64,000 bases of DNA from Phoronis australis (GCA_002633005.1 NMRA01000135.1:270373-334372); one strand, 5' to 3'; positions 1 to 14,618 are shown, numbered from the stretch's first letter. Notes: generated by a model from the sequence alone, not told the origin. Program-made: numbers and translations.

Positions 1-452
1 TTCCTTATATATAAATAAAATTGTTTGAACAAAAGACGAAGATAGATCATGAAAATGTTATTACTGCCGTGTACACCAAACATATATATAATTATACATG
101 TATGCATCTTTCACTCCATCTGTTGCAACGTCTCACATGTTTATTATTTTTGTTTAACAGTAATTATCATTTATTGGCGTATTTATCTATTTTGTACTGT
201 ATATTTCGTTCACTTGTTGTTATATGTATTTATTGTCCATATTGCTTTAAGTCGGCTCTGTGGGAGATAAGCAAATTTTACTAAACAGGCTACTCACTAA
301 AATGAGGATTTCCTTAATTAATAATGCAGTTATAAAACCATATATATGTTCTGATTTGTCAGGTTGTCTTGATTCTAGTTATACTGCTAAATTTTGACAA
401 TAATTAGACAAAAAGTGGATTTGTAACAGCTTGATGTCATACGTATACGTAC

Positions 453-3400
453 CCCTTTGAACAACGTTGCGATGTGCCTCATTTCTTTCTCCATTGGATT
501 AAAGTCGTAGCTCGTTTCTCCGAAAAGCCAAGGAGGGCCGCCAATTTCCTCATCTCTGCGATTTAAGTTCACGTGCTGTCCGTTACTTGTCACGTGATAC
601 AAATTCCACCAATCTGTGCGATCGCTAATGTAGGTGAGAGTGTTTTCCGGCGTCCATCTTGGCTGTATAATGCTGGTCATGGGTCCACCGGCCACCTGTA
701 TTTGCGAAAGAGTACAAACTAGCTGAATAGCACATAGGCTAATTTAGTGGTAGTGGGGGGCCAGGGCTCCGTATTGCTGGTGCATGTATAGCATTTTAGT
801 GGCGCCGTGAACTTTTTTCGCTCGAAAATGGTTTTGGGGCTCCAAATATGCCATTCTAGGTACATGTATTTGAGTGTACTTACTAGCAGGAAACAGCGAG
901 CAGGTTAAATCCTATTAATATTTTACTTAACTTCAAACAGGAACAGAGAGAAGGTCGAACAGACAAAACCAAAACATTCCAGTTCAGAAACTAAGTTTGA
1001 ACAGTGACGAAACTGTTAACGCACTGAGACAAATTTAAATCAGGGAACATTTAGATTATTACCCTTTCTTTCGACCCAGGTACAATGGTCATACCAGTTT
1101 CACTTAGAGTGGCAGTCCACAACTCTGTTGAGTCCCACGGCTATAAAGAAACATAATCGTAAACAATGCAACATAGTAAGAGACACTCCTGCACTTCATT
1201 AATTTCGCCGGTCTCCCAGGGTAACCCGGCGGTTCAGACATATGATTGGTTCCCGATGATGATGTCCGGTTTGCCAACCAATCACTGGGTGTTTTAGCCG
1301 GTTGAACCCGCACAACCTGTGTGGTCAATCAAGTGCAGCCAATGAATGTTAACCCTCATCAACAGATCCGTTGCCTGTTTAGGTTCACATTCTCATTGCA
1401 AGAAGTTATGAGACTGTCCTTTTCTTGGTTGTATGCATTGTACTGACACAGAACTTTCCGAACTTTAGCACTGTTCTGGTTTGGATTGTTCACACTTTAA
1501 TCGATTGTTATAAAATGTCACAGAAGAAACAGGTCACGACAGTACGTGCACGTGCAGGGTATAGACTCTATTCACGCGGCAGACATTAAAATCCAAAGCG
1601 AGGCTCACTGCGATAAACAAAGCGAAAGTAGACATTGCGTGAGTTAAATAGCCGGTCTTTCGAGTCCAACCTGGATATTGAATTCTAATAATGTGTCAAC
1701 AATTAAACCACATAGACGTAGAAAATTACATTAGAGAACAAGTTAAGGCGTCAAAGAGTTGTCTGACGGAAAGGGTTTAATTTTTCTCGGAAAACTAGGT
1801 TCGAAACATGAAACGTAAATATGACCAAATAGCGGCGATCGTAGTGTTACGGATTAGGTATTATGCTGAATGCAGGGTTACTTTTTTCTTGTAAATTGTT
1901 GATCAAAATACTTTCTACGCGGACCAGGTCATCTGCTCGTATTGTTGACGAGTTGAAGACATATTCGACAGTGGTGGCTGTCATGTGCAATTAGTCACAT
2001 CTGGTTTAATTTGTTGATCAAGAATATTAAAATCAAGCATAGCCTGGTCCTATGCACTCCCTGGGACTAACAGTTGATTTGTCATTGATCTGAAAGAATA
2101 ATTGATGTTATTAAATATATTTTTTATTAAAATAATAAACCAGACTCGTAATTGAAAATAAAAATTATTTGACCATCAATTCTGCTTTCTTGGTTGTAAT
2201 AATTCTTACGTCTATTTCATGTGTTAGATTTCAAGTATCAATTTGGACCAAGTTGAATTTTAAAATTAAAACACCTAATTCGTTCGTCCAAAACGTAACC
2301 TCGTTTTAGAACTCAATTTCAGTTAACTGGACAATGGAATCATAGTTATCACTGTTTCTGCAGAAACCTCGTTCATCCGAGGGGAAAGGTGCTAGTGCCT
2401 ACTGAGAGGCGAGTTTTTGGCCGAGTGAGGGCGGGAACAGTCTACCTCCCGATCACCATCAATAGCACGCCCGCGCTGTTGCAAGCTCTAATACATGTAG
2501 GCTCTGTCTCATTTTAAAGTAGCCTTTTGTGCTCTTAAAAATTGTCACCCGTGTGGTTATAGGTTATGTGAACTCAGAGAGATTTTTCACTAGGGGAATT
2601 TTTGTGCCTCGTGGGGGGAATTTCGCGTGATATTTCAATATTTTTGAGAGGGGAATAGGACCGATATTGGGCCCTAAATTTGAGGGATTGAGGGCTCTGT
2701 CCTTTTTGGAAAGAAAAATTATAATGTTTCAACCCGTAGCAGGATTTTGAATTAGGGAGGGGGGGGCAGATGCGCGCACCCAGCCTAAAATCTGGGGAAG
2801 CAGGGGTCTTGAATTCTTGGGTTTGCTTACCTGTTGACTAAAAAAAAAAACGGTAAACGGGGTTCATTCAGCCTATGCGTTGTTTATTCACCCCCCAAGA
2901 CCCCCTGGTTGCGCACGTGTTCTAGTCAGCAATTCGCACTCGAACTCAAAAATGGGATTTGATACAATTATAGGCCCCCCCAAATCCGTTGTCATGAAAA
3001 TACAACCTGGCTGGCCCATTCTCCGGTCGTTACTAAGTACTATGATGCTGGACAACTGACCGAGACGCGACAAAATATGATCTAACTTTTCGAAAACATT
3101 TATTTTACCGTCACGGACATATTTTGCTTCGTCGGCGTATGGCAACGACCCAACGCTTCCGAATCTAAACGTCTTTAGAGATTGTGAAGCGTGTCCGTAT
3201 TTTTTCTAGCCGTTCGGGGAACAACACGGACTGAAACACAGACTCCTATGCCGATAAGCTGACAGATCTATCGTAGCGAGCCTCGTTTTGGAACGCGCCT
3301 CCTGTCGGCGTGAATAGAGTCTATGGCAAAAGTGCCTGAAGTGACATTTTTGCAATGTAATTTAATCTCTCCATCACTGTTCTGGAGTCAGCGCAGTGTT

Positions 3401-6400
3401 GTAAAACTGTTCTTCTGTGCCGGGTTGCATGAAACAGTCCCAAACAGGGACTCAACTAAATTCCCTAAATATTTTGCCTATTTGTATCTTTGTTTAATTA
3501 CAGATGTGGTCTTTTTCTTTCTAATCATCTTCATTATGAGCTGCTCTTTGACTGGTGACATTTTCTAACAGTATAACCAAACCTGAGCCTTGAATTCAAT
3601 GGAAATAAATCGGGACATAGTCTCAACGTTAGGATTGTTGCATGAAAAAATCCCTATACACTTTCGATGATATTGAGAATTCAACGTCGATTTCACTCTC
3701 GATTTCTATCAAAACCAAAAGTTGACTTAGTACTGAAACTAAAAACGCATAAGAAAGGACAAGCTGTGTTTTCACAAGTCCCCAAATACGCAGTAGGTTT
3801 AGGGAACTAAGTTGAGTCCCTATTTGGGACTGTTTCATGCAACCGGGCACTTGTGCGGACTCGTATGATTGTTAAGCGTGGTTATCATAAAATGGTATTT
3901 CACTCGTTAAATATATTTATGTCANNNNNNNNNNNNNNNNNNNNNNNNNNNNNNNNNNNNNNNNNNNNNNNNNNNNNNNNNNNNNNNNNNNNNNNNNNNN
4001 NNNNNNNNNNNNNNNNNNNNNNNNNNNNNNNNNNNNNNNNNNNNNNNNNNNNNNNNNNNNNNNNNNNNNNNNNNNNNNNNNNNNNNNNNNNNNNNNGCGA
4101 CAAAATATGATCTAACTTTTCGAAAACATTTATTTTACACGGACATATTTTGCTTCGTCGGCGTATGGCAACGACCCAACGCTTCCGAATCTAAACGTCT
4201 TTAGAGATTGTGAAGCGTGTCCGTATTTTTTCTAGCCGTTCGGGGAACAACACGGACTGAAACACAGACTCCTATGCCGATAAGCTAACAGAGCTATCGT
4301 AGCGAGCCTCGTTTTGGAACGCGCCTCCTGTCGGCGTGAATAGGGTCTATAGATATTGACCATGAAACTTTTAGAACAATCTTCATTGCTCATATCTAAC
4401 AATACATGACGCACAATAGTGAGTACTAGAGACCCGTTTTGATAACGGGCGAGATGTAGTACTCAGTCATGGTCGTAACGAGTTATTGCAAACCCGACAC
4501 AGACGACATTTTTTGTATATGAGCGAACGTTGCACCTAACGTTAAGTTGTGAATTTTCATATTCAGACTTGCGACTACCATTAGGAGCCACGTTAATTTG
4601 TGTTCTCGGAAGTGACGACCGTTTTAGCTAAGACTACACTCGCGACAATCAATAAGACGAGCTCTACGAGAAATCCTTGGAATTATTACAACTTCTTGAA
4701 TGAAACTCAAATATTCCATGGTACCAGAAGAGAAGGTGCTCGGCTTACACGTACAAAAACGAGTCTGTTCGGATAGCGTGAAAACTCAAGTTTTCCTGCT
4801 TGTCAAATTAGGCGGTCGTTCATTTGAGATTCTTACCATGTCTGGAAGGTTCCATTGAATCCAACACATTTTCTTTCCATTTGGACTAACTCGGGGGTTG
4901 CTGTAGAAGTCCGCACCTTCAACCTGACCAAGAGAACAAGAAATAGGCCTACATGAATGGGCAGCGGCTGAAGCAAGCGGAGTCAGGCGCTCTGAATGTT
5001 ATCTCGAAACAATTTACACCAGAAATGTGTTGAAAACAGCCATTCCGACATGGAATACTGTGCAGCTGTATACCGGTACGTGAATATTACTTCGAAAGCT
5101 CCGAAGAAATTTTTGGCCAAAAACAAAAGCAAATTAATTACTCACCAGTACTAGCTGTTGTTTTGTAGACGGGTCGACGACGACAATCGTGTTTTGTGGT
5201 TCTTTACTTTTGTTACGTCGGACGACAGAGTGGTCTTCGCGCACTATAACTATTTGACCATGCTTGAAATACAAAATCAATCATTAGACAGATGTGAATT
5301 GGCCTACATATCCCGCTGCGATTTCACTCACTGCAGAACCTTGATCAGTGCCCGACATTTATAACATTAAGCCTCGAAGTTGGTCGGAAGAAGAATAAGA
5401 AGAATAAGAATAAGAATAAAATTGAAGAAAACCCAGGAACAACAGTACTCTGTGCTTGTACGCGTAGTGTAATTACCTCATGTTGCGACAACAAACCAAA
5501 CGTGTTGGGACTACTGACAAAACAAAGTGGAACTTCTTGCGTTGCTCCACGACAACACATGAACCTTAAGGTCAACATAATTGTAAAAGTCGCTGGTGCA
5601 GTCGAAAGCTATTGCAGCCCCAGTTTCAATTATATTAGACTGTTTTTACCCAAAGAAACTGCCATGCGTCACGGTTGTTCGAACGGAAATTCCCACGATC
5701 ACATCGCACCATATTCACAAGGCAGTCGTGGGTCGTAGCTGGGAGCAACACGACAGATTGCTGTAGCACTAAGCCGACTTTTAACATGTTAAACAGTTTT
5801 GACAAAGGTCGCCGATCTCATTTGTCGATGTAAGACAACTCATCTTTGTAGTCATTCGACTGTCGTGCGAATTTCCAGTCAATGTCACAGATAGCGCTGT
5901 GTGACTGATGTGAAATAGACATAAAAGAATGCTTAGAAGATCGGAAACAAGACAAAGGTGTTTGAAAAGTTTACGTCACTCACATGTCAAAAACTATCAA
6001 GACACCACTGTTTTAACAAATCTCATGGTACCTTTGGGATATATTCACCGTCAGCAAACCTCCATTCTCCGCTTTTGTTTGGTGTTAAAGGCTCAGGCTG
6101 TGAACTTGTACCCTTCTGACGATAAAGCCTCTGGTCTCTGAAGTTACTGAAGTACACTGTTTCATTGTATACAAAGAAAGCTCCTCCGCCGTAGTCGTTC
6201 ACTGTTGTCCTTGCGCTGTACTGCGATGGGGTCCATTCCGTTATGTTCTCGTAGCCATCTGTTTTAGAGCAGACAACACAACGACCTTGTTCGTGTGGAC
6301 GGCATTCTATCCAGTACACCGTGTCTAGGTCGAAGAATTAACATTGTTTTAGATAAAAGTCAAAACAAAAGCAAATCTATCTAAAAGTTTTACGAAAAGG

Positions 6401-7891
6401 AAGTCTATCTACATTGGACCACTAAAGTAAATTTCCTCTTTCATTTGTATGGTGAATTTCCGAGAGACAGCTTTTTGTCTTGACCAAAAGTTGGCATAGG
6501 CCAACGACTTCGTCATAAAGATTATCACCGACTTCAATATATTTATTTTCTGCATACTTACCATTTCTACTCTGTTTTACTTGTTACGGAACATAACTCT
6601 TTTCGTTCAAACATCAAAGACCTAAGTATTCGGTTAATTAGTGAACTGAAGCTTAATCAATCAGTGCTTGATACCTTGTTGCTAAAAAACTCTCAAATAT
6701 CACGTGACTGTTGTGTTGCCCACAATGTCACGGTGTACTTGTTTTGAGCACAGCCACAGTACGTATCATGCGATCTAGCATCACATCCGGGTTCGATTCA
6801 ATGGACGCGTGTTTGTCGGCGTGTACATTAGAACATATAAAGTTCATTTGCTGTTTGCGTGCTATTTCGTGACAACTGTGCAGATTTTGGTTTGGAATAT
6901 TAAAATGGGATAGTCCTTAGGGTTGTAATTATGTTTGCAACAGCAATAACTTGAGATAGCAGTCAGACGTTTAGTCGCCATGTTTGTTCCAACTCCACAG
7001 CTAACCGCTAGGTGAACAAAAAACAACTGTCATAATATAACAAGGGTTCCGTGAAGAAATGGGGGTGAACTTATCAACTTTCCCCACACATACTCTTAAT
7101 AATTAAAAAATTGAATGAACTGAAATTTTAAAAAGTAGTGAAAATAGTTAAAGTACGGTCGAGTGCAGTCCTATATTTTCAATGTACTGTAACCGACAAA
7201 AATCATCAAGCGGTTGACACACCCATACCTTTGTTTTCAATATCCACTTCTAACATTGGGGCAATAGCGTGCAGATCACTAAGCAACAAATCGCTTGTAA
7301 TTGGTGACACCCATGATCCGTACTCCGCAACGGTCTTCTCGTCTTCCGTGGCACCAGGTGTTTTAACTTCTAGAGAAAAATGGGATAAACGAAATGACGA
7401 ACACGATACCACCACAAGTTACCTCTGGCTGCACTTGGTAAAATCGCAGTGGTGTTGCTTTGGAAAAGCAAAAACAAATACGCTTGTGAATAAAGTGAGA
7501 ATTTTTGAAACACCAGAACATTGTCACTTTAAAGGTGTTTGGTATTTCAAGCCTACCACAGGTGGACCTTGCACATGACCGAAGATTCAGTTCATTCACG
7601 AATTTGTGAAGATTCTGCTGTTTTTTTCATTATGGTATTACCGTGAATAAACTTTTGTATTTAGTTTCGTCAGATATAACAGAACGCGTAACCACTTCAC
7701 TGCCATATGGTCATCAAGACTGTCTTACCACGGGTTGACAAGGCTACTGCTAACCCGACCATGCCCAATCCGATAATAACGGTCACCACGTACATAACAA
7801 TCTCTATGTTCTTGGAGCATCGTAAATTTCTGTGTGGTTTCTGTCGGTTCGAATTGTTGTCTTCTGCAGTCTGAAAGAATTCCAATAACAT
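453..7891 (-). CDS. S9 family (prolyl oligopeptidase / acylaminoacyl-peptidase-like) serine peptidase with N-terminal transmembrane anchor; 5' part only, continues beyond the left edge
   Basis: Phase-consistent GT-AG exons: 7891-7729, 7369-7229, 6324-6032, 5262-5146, 4923-4837, 1140-1063, 695-453. The translation has motifs typical of the family's propeller region: [101 protein letters not shown]. The catalytic domain is not in the window. Confidence 0.88.
1561..3324. mobile_element. Non-autonomous DNA transposon with terminal inverted repeats (intronic)
   Basis: ATAGACTCTATTCACGC at 1561-1577 is the exact reverse complement of 3308-3324. A subterminal inverted match also exists (CGAGGCTCACTGCGATA vs TATCGTAGCGAGCCTCG). 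The right end recurs at about 4097-4349. Confidence 0.6.
3417..3850. mobile_element. MITE with long TIRs
   Basis: GTGCCGGGTTGCATGAAACAGTCCCAAA... at 3417 is inverted at about 3798-3850. A related copy lies at 63159-63363. Confidence 0.7.
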
Positions 7892-9277
7892 GTCAATTCC
7901 ATGTGCGTAACTTCAGAAGGTCTCGGGATATGGCATACCCCAATGATTCTTCATTTACATCGATCAGTCACGTGAACATAGAATGTGCTCAAGCAATCTC
8001 ACTTTATTTTTACTGAATAAATATCTTATAATTTCCAGTTTTTATGACAATATGGGGTAAGGAAACTGCAGGCTTGCGTTTCTCTTAACAAAAGTTTATG
8101 TGAATCTATATGTTTTGACACTCTTTTTTAACAACGGTCAACCAACTCACCCAAGATTAGCAATTACCAACACGGATCAGTAGTGGAGCGGAACGTTGGA
8201 ATCTCGAAAATGCCTTCAGGTTTATGGCATTTGAATGTTCTAAGAAACAGAAAACAAATCTTCAAACTGGAGTATAAGTAACGCCAAACATGTGTGTTCG
8301 TGTGTTGTGTGAGTAGCACAATGTAGCCTTAGATGTGTACGTGGCCACTGGGTCCACGAAATAGCAACCTCTGAGCAGCCGTACCAAGGTTAACGGGCGT
8401 GCCCGTGACATGCTTACCCGCCCCACGCTCTCTTCCATTGTTGGATAGGTTATCTCACAAGACCTACGAAAGCGCATTATCTTCAATGACTCGGTGTTTT
8501 CAGCCCGTAGTTTTGGTTCACCTTTGTTTGCCCGTTCCTCAGTTCAGTGCCAGGGCAACACGACAACGCCAATAGATGTCCTATGCAAATTTGCGGAAAG
8601 AGCAAAACTCTTCTTTAACTTATCAATATCAATAACATCATGCATACACTTTCCTCTACTGGTATAAAGCTCGATCGACAGTTGCCCATGAGGTAAGCAC
8701 ACACACACAATCTTGTCTCAGGGTAATCTCACCCCTATTGTTGCATGACATTTGATGCCAACACAATATTCAATCGCGATGCGTTCAGTTTCCTTTGTCA
8801 AACCCGCACCAAGAACGCCAGTTTACTCTTATATTTATAAGTAACAACTCTCATGTACATGGTAAGCGTTTGATGAATAGAATGGATAGCGATGTAGTCA
8901 GATAGCAGTCAATTATGATACCACGTGACAAACAAGGCTTAGGCAAAGTATGATAGATCATGAGAATACGTTCGTTGGCCAGGTCATTTAGTCCGAGGGA
9001 ATTTCATGGTAAGACCACTCAAAGTGAATACATCACCATAAGCACGTTTCACAGTACGTTTACCCTGTCTTTGCAACGAGCATTTCCACAACTGTGGCAT
9101 TCATGACATATTATTTGGATAAGTGACTGATTAACTTTTCCACATTGTGCTATTAAGAACAGAATGAAACGTAATCAGATTGTGATGTTACACGATACCG
9201 TGTTTATTTCGTTCATAGGGTAACGCCTACGTCTGAGCATCCTGTATTTTTATTTCTCACCTTGATTGAGGTAAATG

Positions 9278-9463
9278 TATTTTTCGAGTCATTTATATGG
9301 GAATTGCAATCCTGAAGTACTGCTAATTTGCACAGTAAAATTATTTTTCGAGTCATTTATATGGGAATTGCAATCGTGAAGTACTGCTAATTTGCACAGA
9401 AAAAGTATTTTTCGAGTCATTTATATGGGAATTGCAATCATGAAGTACCGCTAATTTGCACAG
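9278..9463. repeat. Tandem repeat, about 63 bp x3
   Basis: Unit TATTTTTCGAGTCATTTATATGGGAATTGCAATCxTGAAGTACTGCTAATTTGCACAG occurs three times. Confidence 0.9.
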
Positions 9464-9504
9464 TTTTGCCGTGTGTGCTTTCAAGAAATGTCACATCGAC
9501 TAAA

Positions 9505-9872
9505 AGGGCCTGGGGTCGGATCTTCAATTGTACTCGAAATCGAACGCGAACTCAAGTTAATTTTTAGGCATTCTCGGTTCTACTTTTATGGAAATCAAGA
9601 TATGTGTCTATTACTCTGTGCTTAAGTACATTATGATTTATGCATGCGAGTTTCTAGTCCAAGGTCGCACTTGATGACCCCTAGATTCGAGTAAATTCTC
9701 GATATTTCGAGCTCAGATTCGAACTTTTAACCTTAATGCTTGGGTCAACAAGTGCAAACTAGCCAATGTATACTCACACAGAATGAAAGATCGTGATTTA
9801 TCTTGAGATAGCAAGAGTCGAAGATGATAAAAATAATTTCTAGTTCTAGTAAAAAGATTCGACCCCGTGCCT
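9505..9872. mobile_element. Dispersed MITE-like repeat family, about 400-470 bp
   Basis: Shared blocks (GGGCC...TACTCGAAAT, CCCCTAGATTCGA, TCGAG-rich) recur at about 12420-12892, 13720-13936, 19490-19720 (inverted) and 49240-49640. Confidence 0.6.
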
Positions 9873-11236
9873 AGATCTCATGAAGTTGTTTTATGTGCTC
9901 GTCAGAGACCTTTAACAACTTGATAAAAAGCGGTGATCTCCTTTTTTCTAACTACGTGCAGTGCTGCTAAAGACAGATCATCTTGACGGTTCTTGAAGCG
10001 CCGCTTTCTCCTTAAACGATAACGTAAAGCAAGTTCAGAATTCAACGATCATCAACTTCCGTCGATAATGTAGTCTTTGTACTATGATACATGCGCGCAC
10101 CCAAGGCTAAAAACTGGGGGCTCGAATTTTTCTCGAATGTGGACCTTTTACTAAAAAACAAAAAAGGAACAAAAAAACGAGGCCAGGCGAGCTACGTTCT
10201 GAGCTGCGAATTGTGCGTCCGCCGAATTTTGGTGGTTCCTGTCTTTTTAGTGGGCTTTTGTCTCGTTTCTTGGGACTTTTTGTTTCTCTTAAGGTGGACT
10301 TCTTTGCCCACGTCACCAAATGGGGGCTTCGTTCGAGCCCCCGAGCCTCCCCCACNCAGATTGGTGAAAGCCCATTGCACTTCGCCCGTGTTTAGATGTC
10401 AACAATGAATTCTAAACCGGAAGTTCTTTATGGATTTAAAAACATTACCACGCTCATCCGATCATGAATTATTGCTGGATGAGCCACAGGAAAAGTGTTC
10501 GTGTGCCATTTTGAAATCCGAAAGTTTAGGGTTGGTCAACACCGATAAACTTTGACGTGTTTTGTTGAGTCGTTGATCGTTTCGATGTTCTTGTTGGTAA
10601 TGGAAACAAAACCCTATCACGACAAGGAATATTATGATACCAATATTATGAGAGCAAAAGAGCTAATTCGACTTCAGTTTTTAGGCAGCTAAACAGGAAG
10701 AAATGCGGCTTTGAATTAGTTGTTCATTTCTCATACGATTCCTCAGCGCGACTGAAACAAAAACGCGTTACACATATGAACGTAATAATAGGCAACGCAA
10801 CGTCCTAGCAACGATTGCGTACACAATTCTACACAAAGCTGAAACAGAAAGTTTGTCGTGTTATTTCAACGTCTATTGTGAATAAAATGGAAACTATTGG
10901 AACAATTCAAGTATCTTTACTTAATCCGAGTGAAGACATCTCAAGGTGTGCAGGAGACACTGCAAAGAAAACCACGGACAACGATGTATGCGTGTCACAA
11001 GAAATTGAAGATTTGGAAAACGAGTTGTTCTCTGAATTAGTGTCTCTGAAGGAAAAATATTTAAGAGAAAAACGCAACAGAAAGGCCGTGTGTAAGATTC
11101 TGCAAAAAGCGGAAGGGATAAACCGTGAAGTGAAATTGCAACTACATGAATCACTAAAGTGCAACAGCAACTATATTGATGAGATAACTAAGTTAAGAAG
11201 CAAAATAACCGAGCTACAAGGTAACAGAATTACGCC

Positions 11237-11284
11237 TGTGTGTGTGTGTGTGTGTGTGCGTGTGCGTGTGCGTGTGTGTGTGTG
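11237..11284. repeat. (TG)n microsatellite
   Basis: Direct read. Confidence 0.95.
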
Positions 11285-12675
11285 ATCTTTTCAAGTTCAC
11301 GAATATTTTTTCTCTTGATATCTTCTGTCTCGTAAGTATGGTGAAATCCATTGCCTTATATACCGGAAGGGTTCTCAAGTACTCGACCAAACAACGCTGT
11401 TCCGGCCACAGGCGTCCTCAGCTTTTGATCGACAAGGTATGACACTGAATCCCGACCAGAAATTCCACGGGTGCTTCACTTCAGCCGTCCATATCAAACA
11501 CAAAACTCAATAAATTTACACAAAACAAGGTTTCAACAAACCATTAGCAATTGTTCTTTCTTCCAATACCATTCACGGTGTCCTGCTCCAGCGAGATCGC
11601 AAGAAATTTGCGGTCAAACACAAAAATGTCTGACTTAAAAAGGAAGTTTGTTAAGTGGGCTGGGTTTCCAGGTTATTTGAGTGATTACCCATAATGCCCC
11701 ACCGGAAATAGTTGGTCTAAGTTTCCATGGAAGTAACTTGCGTTAAAATCCGTGTTATGAAGTGTCTAATTAAAATAAAGGGAGTGAGTATCTTGATAAG
11801 GACTGCTTAATTCAAACCAACTCAATATTTCACAACTTTCCTCAAACCAATGAATGTGATACGCTCAAAGGAGTTTTAAGCCCTCCTCTTGACGTTTCNT
11901 GTGAAAATTGGCAAAATTGAAAGAAAAATCAAAATTTTGAGTTAATTACACAAAATAAACATGGGTTTAGCTAAATTTTACGTCATACATTTAGTCTGTG
12001 GCCACCGGTAATTCAAAATGTGCAAAAATCCATGGTGTGTACTGTTTAAGCCCTCCTCTTGACGTTTCAAACAAGACACATTTTTGACACTATTGAAGAT
12101 GCTCAATAGACCAAATTAATAACGATGGACAAGTAATTGATCATAAACTTTTATGTTCGTTTCTTCAATTTCTTGAAAACAATGGGTTTGAGTTCACGGA
12201 AAAGACTTACCGTTTCATTAGTTTACGAAGGGTCGCATCATTGACAAAGGGAACTCTTAGTGAACTTAATTATCTGCACCAAAGTGAAACTTTGTCGCTA
12301 CCTGAATGTTGACTACTAGAGACAGGTGAGAGGTCGCTACGCGAACCTTACTGTGGTTCCAGGTCGTATACCCTACAAGACCGCTTTACCGACGATCAGG
12401 TCACAAACTTTTAAATTCCTGGGCCAGGTGTTTAGTCTGTGTACTCGAAATTGAAATCCAAAATATTTTTTGTCATTTTCCGTTATCTTCAAATACGAAC
12501 TCTGGATAATTATCTATTATTCTGAGCTTGAGTATATCATAGTGGTTGAGCCTATCACCAAAATCTCACGTCTGGTGTACCGCAAGTGACATCAGGCCAC
12601 ATGCACTGTTTTTTACACTATGGATTACGTAAACGACAGTGTAGGTCAAATTCACTTTTGATAACCCCTAGATTC

Positions 12676-14618
12676 GAACAATGAACTCGAGTAAAACTCG
12701 AGATTTCGAATTCAGGTTCGAAAATATAAATCTAACGCTGGGCAAATCGAGTGCAAATTAGGATTACACAGTTATCATACTCGAACACCGAATTAATAGA
12801 AACTTATCTTCAGTTAATACAAAAGTAGGACGCAAAATGTTAAAAATGTTTTCGAGCTCGATTTCAAGTGAAGAGATTACTCCTCGGGCCCTGACCACAA
12901 AGCATTTTCAAATTTTCTGGGCCTATCTGTATCGAGTTGCTAAACAGTTGATGCGTTCGACTTTTTTACAGGAACAATAGCGAATTACGTTCGTGTCAAT
13001 AAACAAAAGGGTCCAGTCCCTTGTGGTTACATACGACCCCAGTTAATGCAGTACAGATACGAAGGTATTCACGGACACAACGACAGGTAATCTCTAAAAA
13101 TTGTCAAACTGGTCTCTTGGTGATCGTTTGCTTCAGCAATTATCGGAAATTTGACACTGAAGTTTCTTGTTTATTTCTGACGTTCTGCTACAAAGACATG
13201 TGCAAATACGCACGCCGTGTATATTGACCTTTTTACGAATATACGGAAACGTCGCATGCCCAATGAACTGCGCGAACTTGAGACACCAAAGTAGGGGAGA
13301 TCACGCATGTATGGGCTTAAACCAGAGACTTTATCAATGGCAAGTCCGATACAACTTTTCATTGGCACCATGATGCCACAGCATGCACATTGTTCACTCG
13401 TTAATTTCTGAGAAAGAGGTCGGCTCCAACGTACATCAAACTCATCAGTTAATGGCTTACGGAAATATGCAAACCTCTTGAAATGTCCATGGATAAAGGA
13501 CATCATTACCCATACATTTCCAGCTGCGAAGAAGAATCCGCAGCTGCATAGTGGTCACTGACTGCGACTGATAACAGTGGCGGATCTAGGATATCACTAG
13601 GGGGGGGGGCCCAACATTTTGTCCGGCTGGAAGCATTTGCGCAAACTGAACCACGATTGTAGATGCGCATAGCACCGAATGGGGGGAGGTCGGGAGGGGG
13701 GTTTGCCCCCCTCCCGCCNGAACAATGAACTCGAGTAAAATTCGAGATTTCGAATTCAGGTTCGAAAATATAAATCTAACGCTGGGCAAATCGAGTGCAA
13801 ATTAGGATTACACAGTTATCATACTCGAACACCGAATTAATAGAAACTTATTTTCAGTTAATACAAAAGTAGGACGCAAAATGTTAAAAATGTTTTCGAG
13901 CTCGATTTCAAGTGAAGAGATTACTCTTCGGGCCCTGACCATAAAGCATTTTCAAATTTTCTGGGCCTATCTGTATCGAGTTGCTAAACAGTTGATGTGT
14001 TCGACTTTTTTACAGGAACAATAGCGAATTACGTTCGTGTCAATAAACAAAAGGGTCCAGTCCCTTGTGGTTACATGCGACCCCAGTTAATGCAGTACAG
14101 ATACGAAGGTATTCACGGACACAACGACAGGTAATCTCTAAAAATTGTCAAACTGGTCTCTTGGTGATCGTTTGCTTCAACAATTATCGGAAATTTGACA
14201 CTGAAGTTTCTTGTTTATTTCTGACGTTCTGCTACAAAGACATGTGCAAATACGCACGCCGTGTATATTGACCTTTTTACGAATAGACGGAAACGTCGCA
14301 TGCCCAATGAACTGCGCGAACTTGAGACACCAAAGTAGGGGAGATCACGCATGTAGTGGCTTAAACCAGAGACTTTATCAATGGCAAGTCCGATACAACT
14401 TTTCATTGGCACCATGATGCCACAGCATGCACATTGTTCACTCGTTAATTTCTGAGAAAGAGGTCGGCTCCAACGAACTTCAAACTCATCAGTTAATGGC
14501 TTACGGAAATATGCAAACCTCTTGAAATGTCCATGGATAAAGGACATCATGTCCCATACATTTCCAGCTGCGAAGAAGAATCCGCAGCTGCATAGTGGTC
14601 ACTGACTGCGACTGATAA
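12676..14618. repeat. Near-identical tandem duplication of about 900 bp (12676-13574 vs 13720-14618), probably uncollapsed haplotypes
   Basis: The two copies differ by scattered substitutions, and the join is at a single N (13719). Confidence 0.85.
13575..13718 (+). mobile_element. 5' end of a CAGTGGCGGATCTAGG-type (hAT-like) non-autonomous element
   Basis: The same terminus followed by a G-run occurs at about 59047, 61205 and 63969; a complementary end (AAATCCGCCTATG) lies at about 62149-62161. Confidence 0.6.

Noticed and set aside
3067-4349. Direct repeat of about 255 bp (3067-3324 vs 4097-4349) around an N gap
   Set aside because: Most likely a contig overlap or alternative haplotype at the gap, not a biological LTR.
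13400-13460. CUGAUGAG ... GAAA on the minus strand (also in the duplicate), and CTGATGAG at about 56862
   Set aside because: No consistent stems I-III around the boxes; chance matches.
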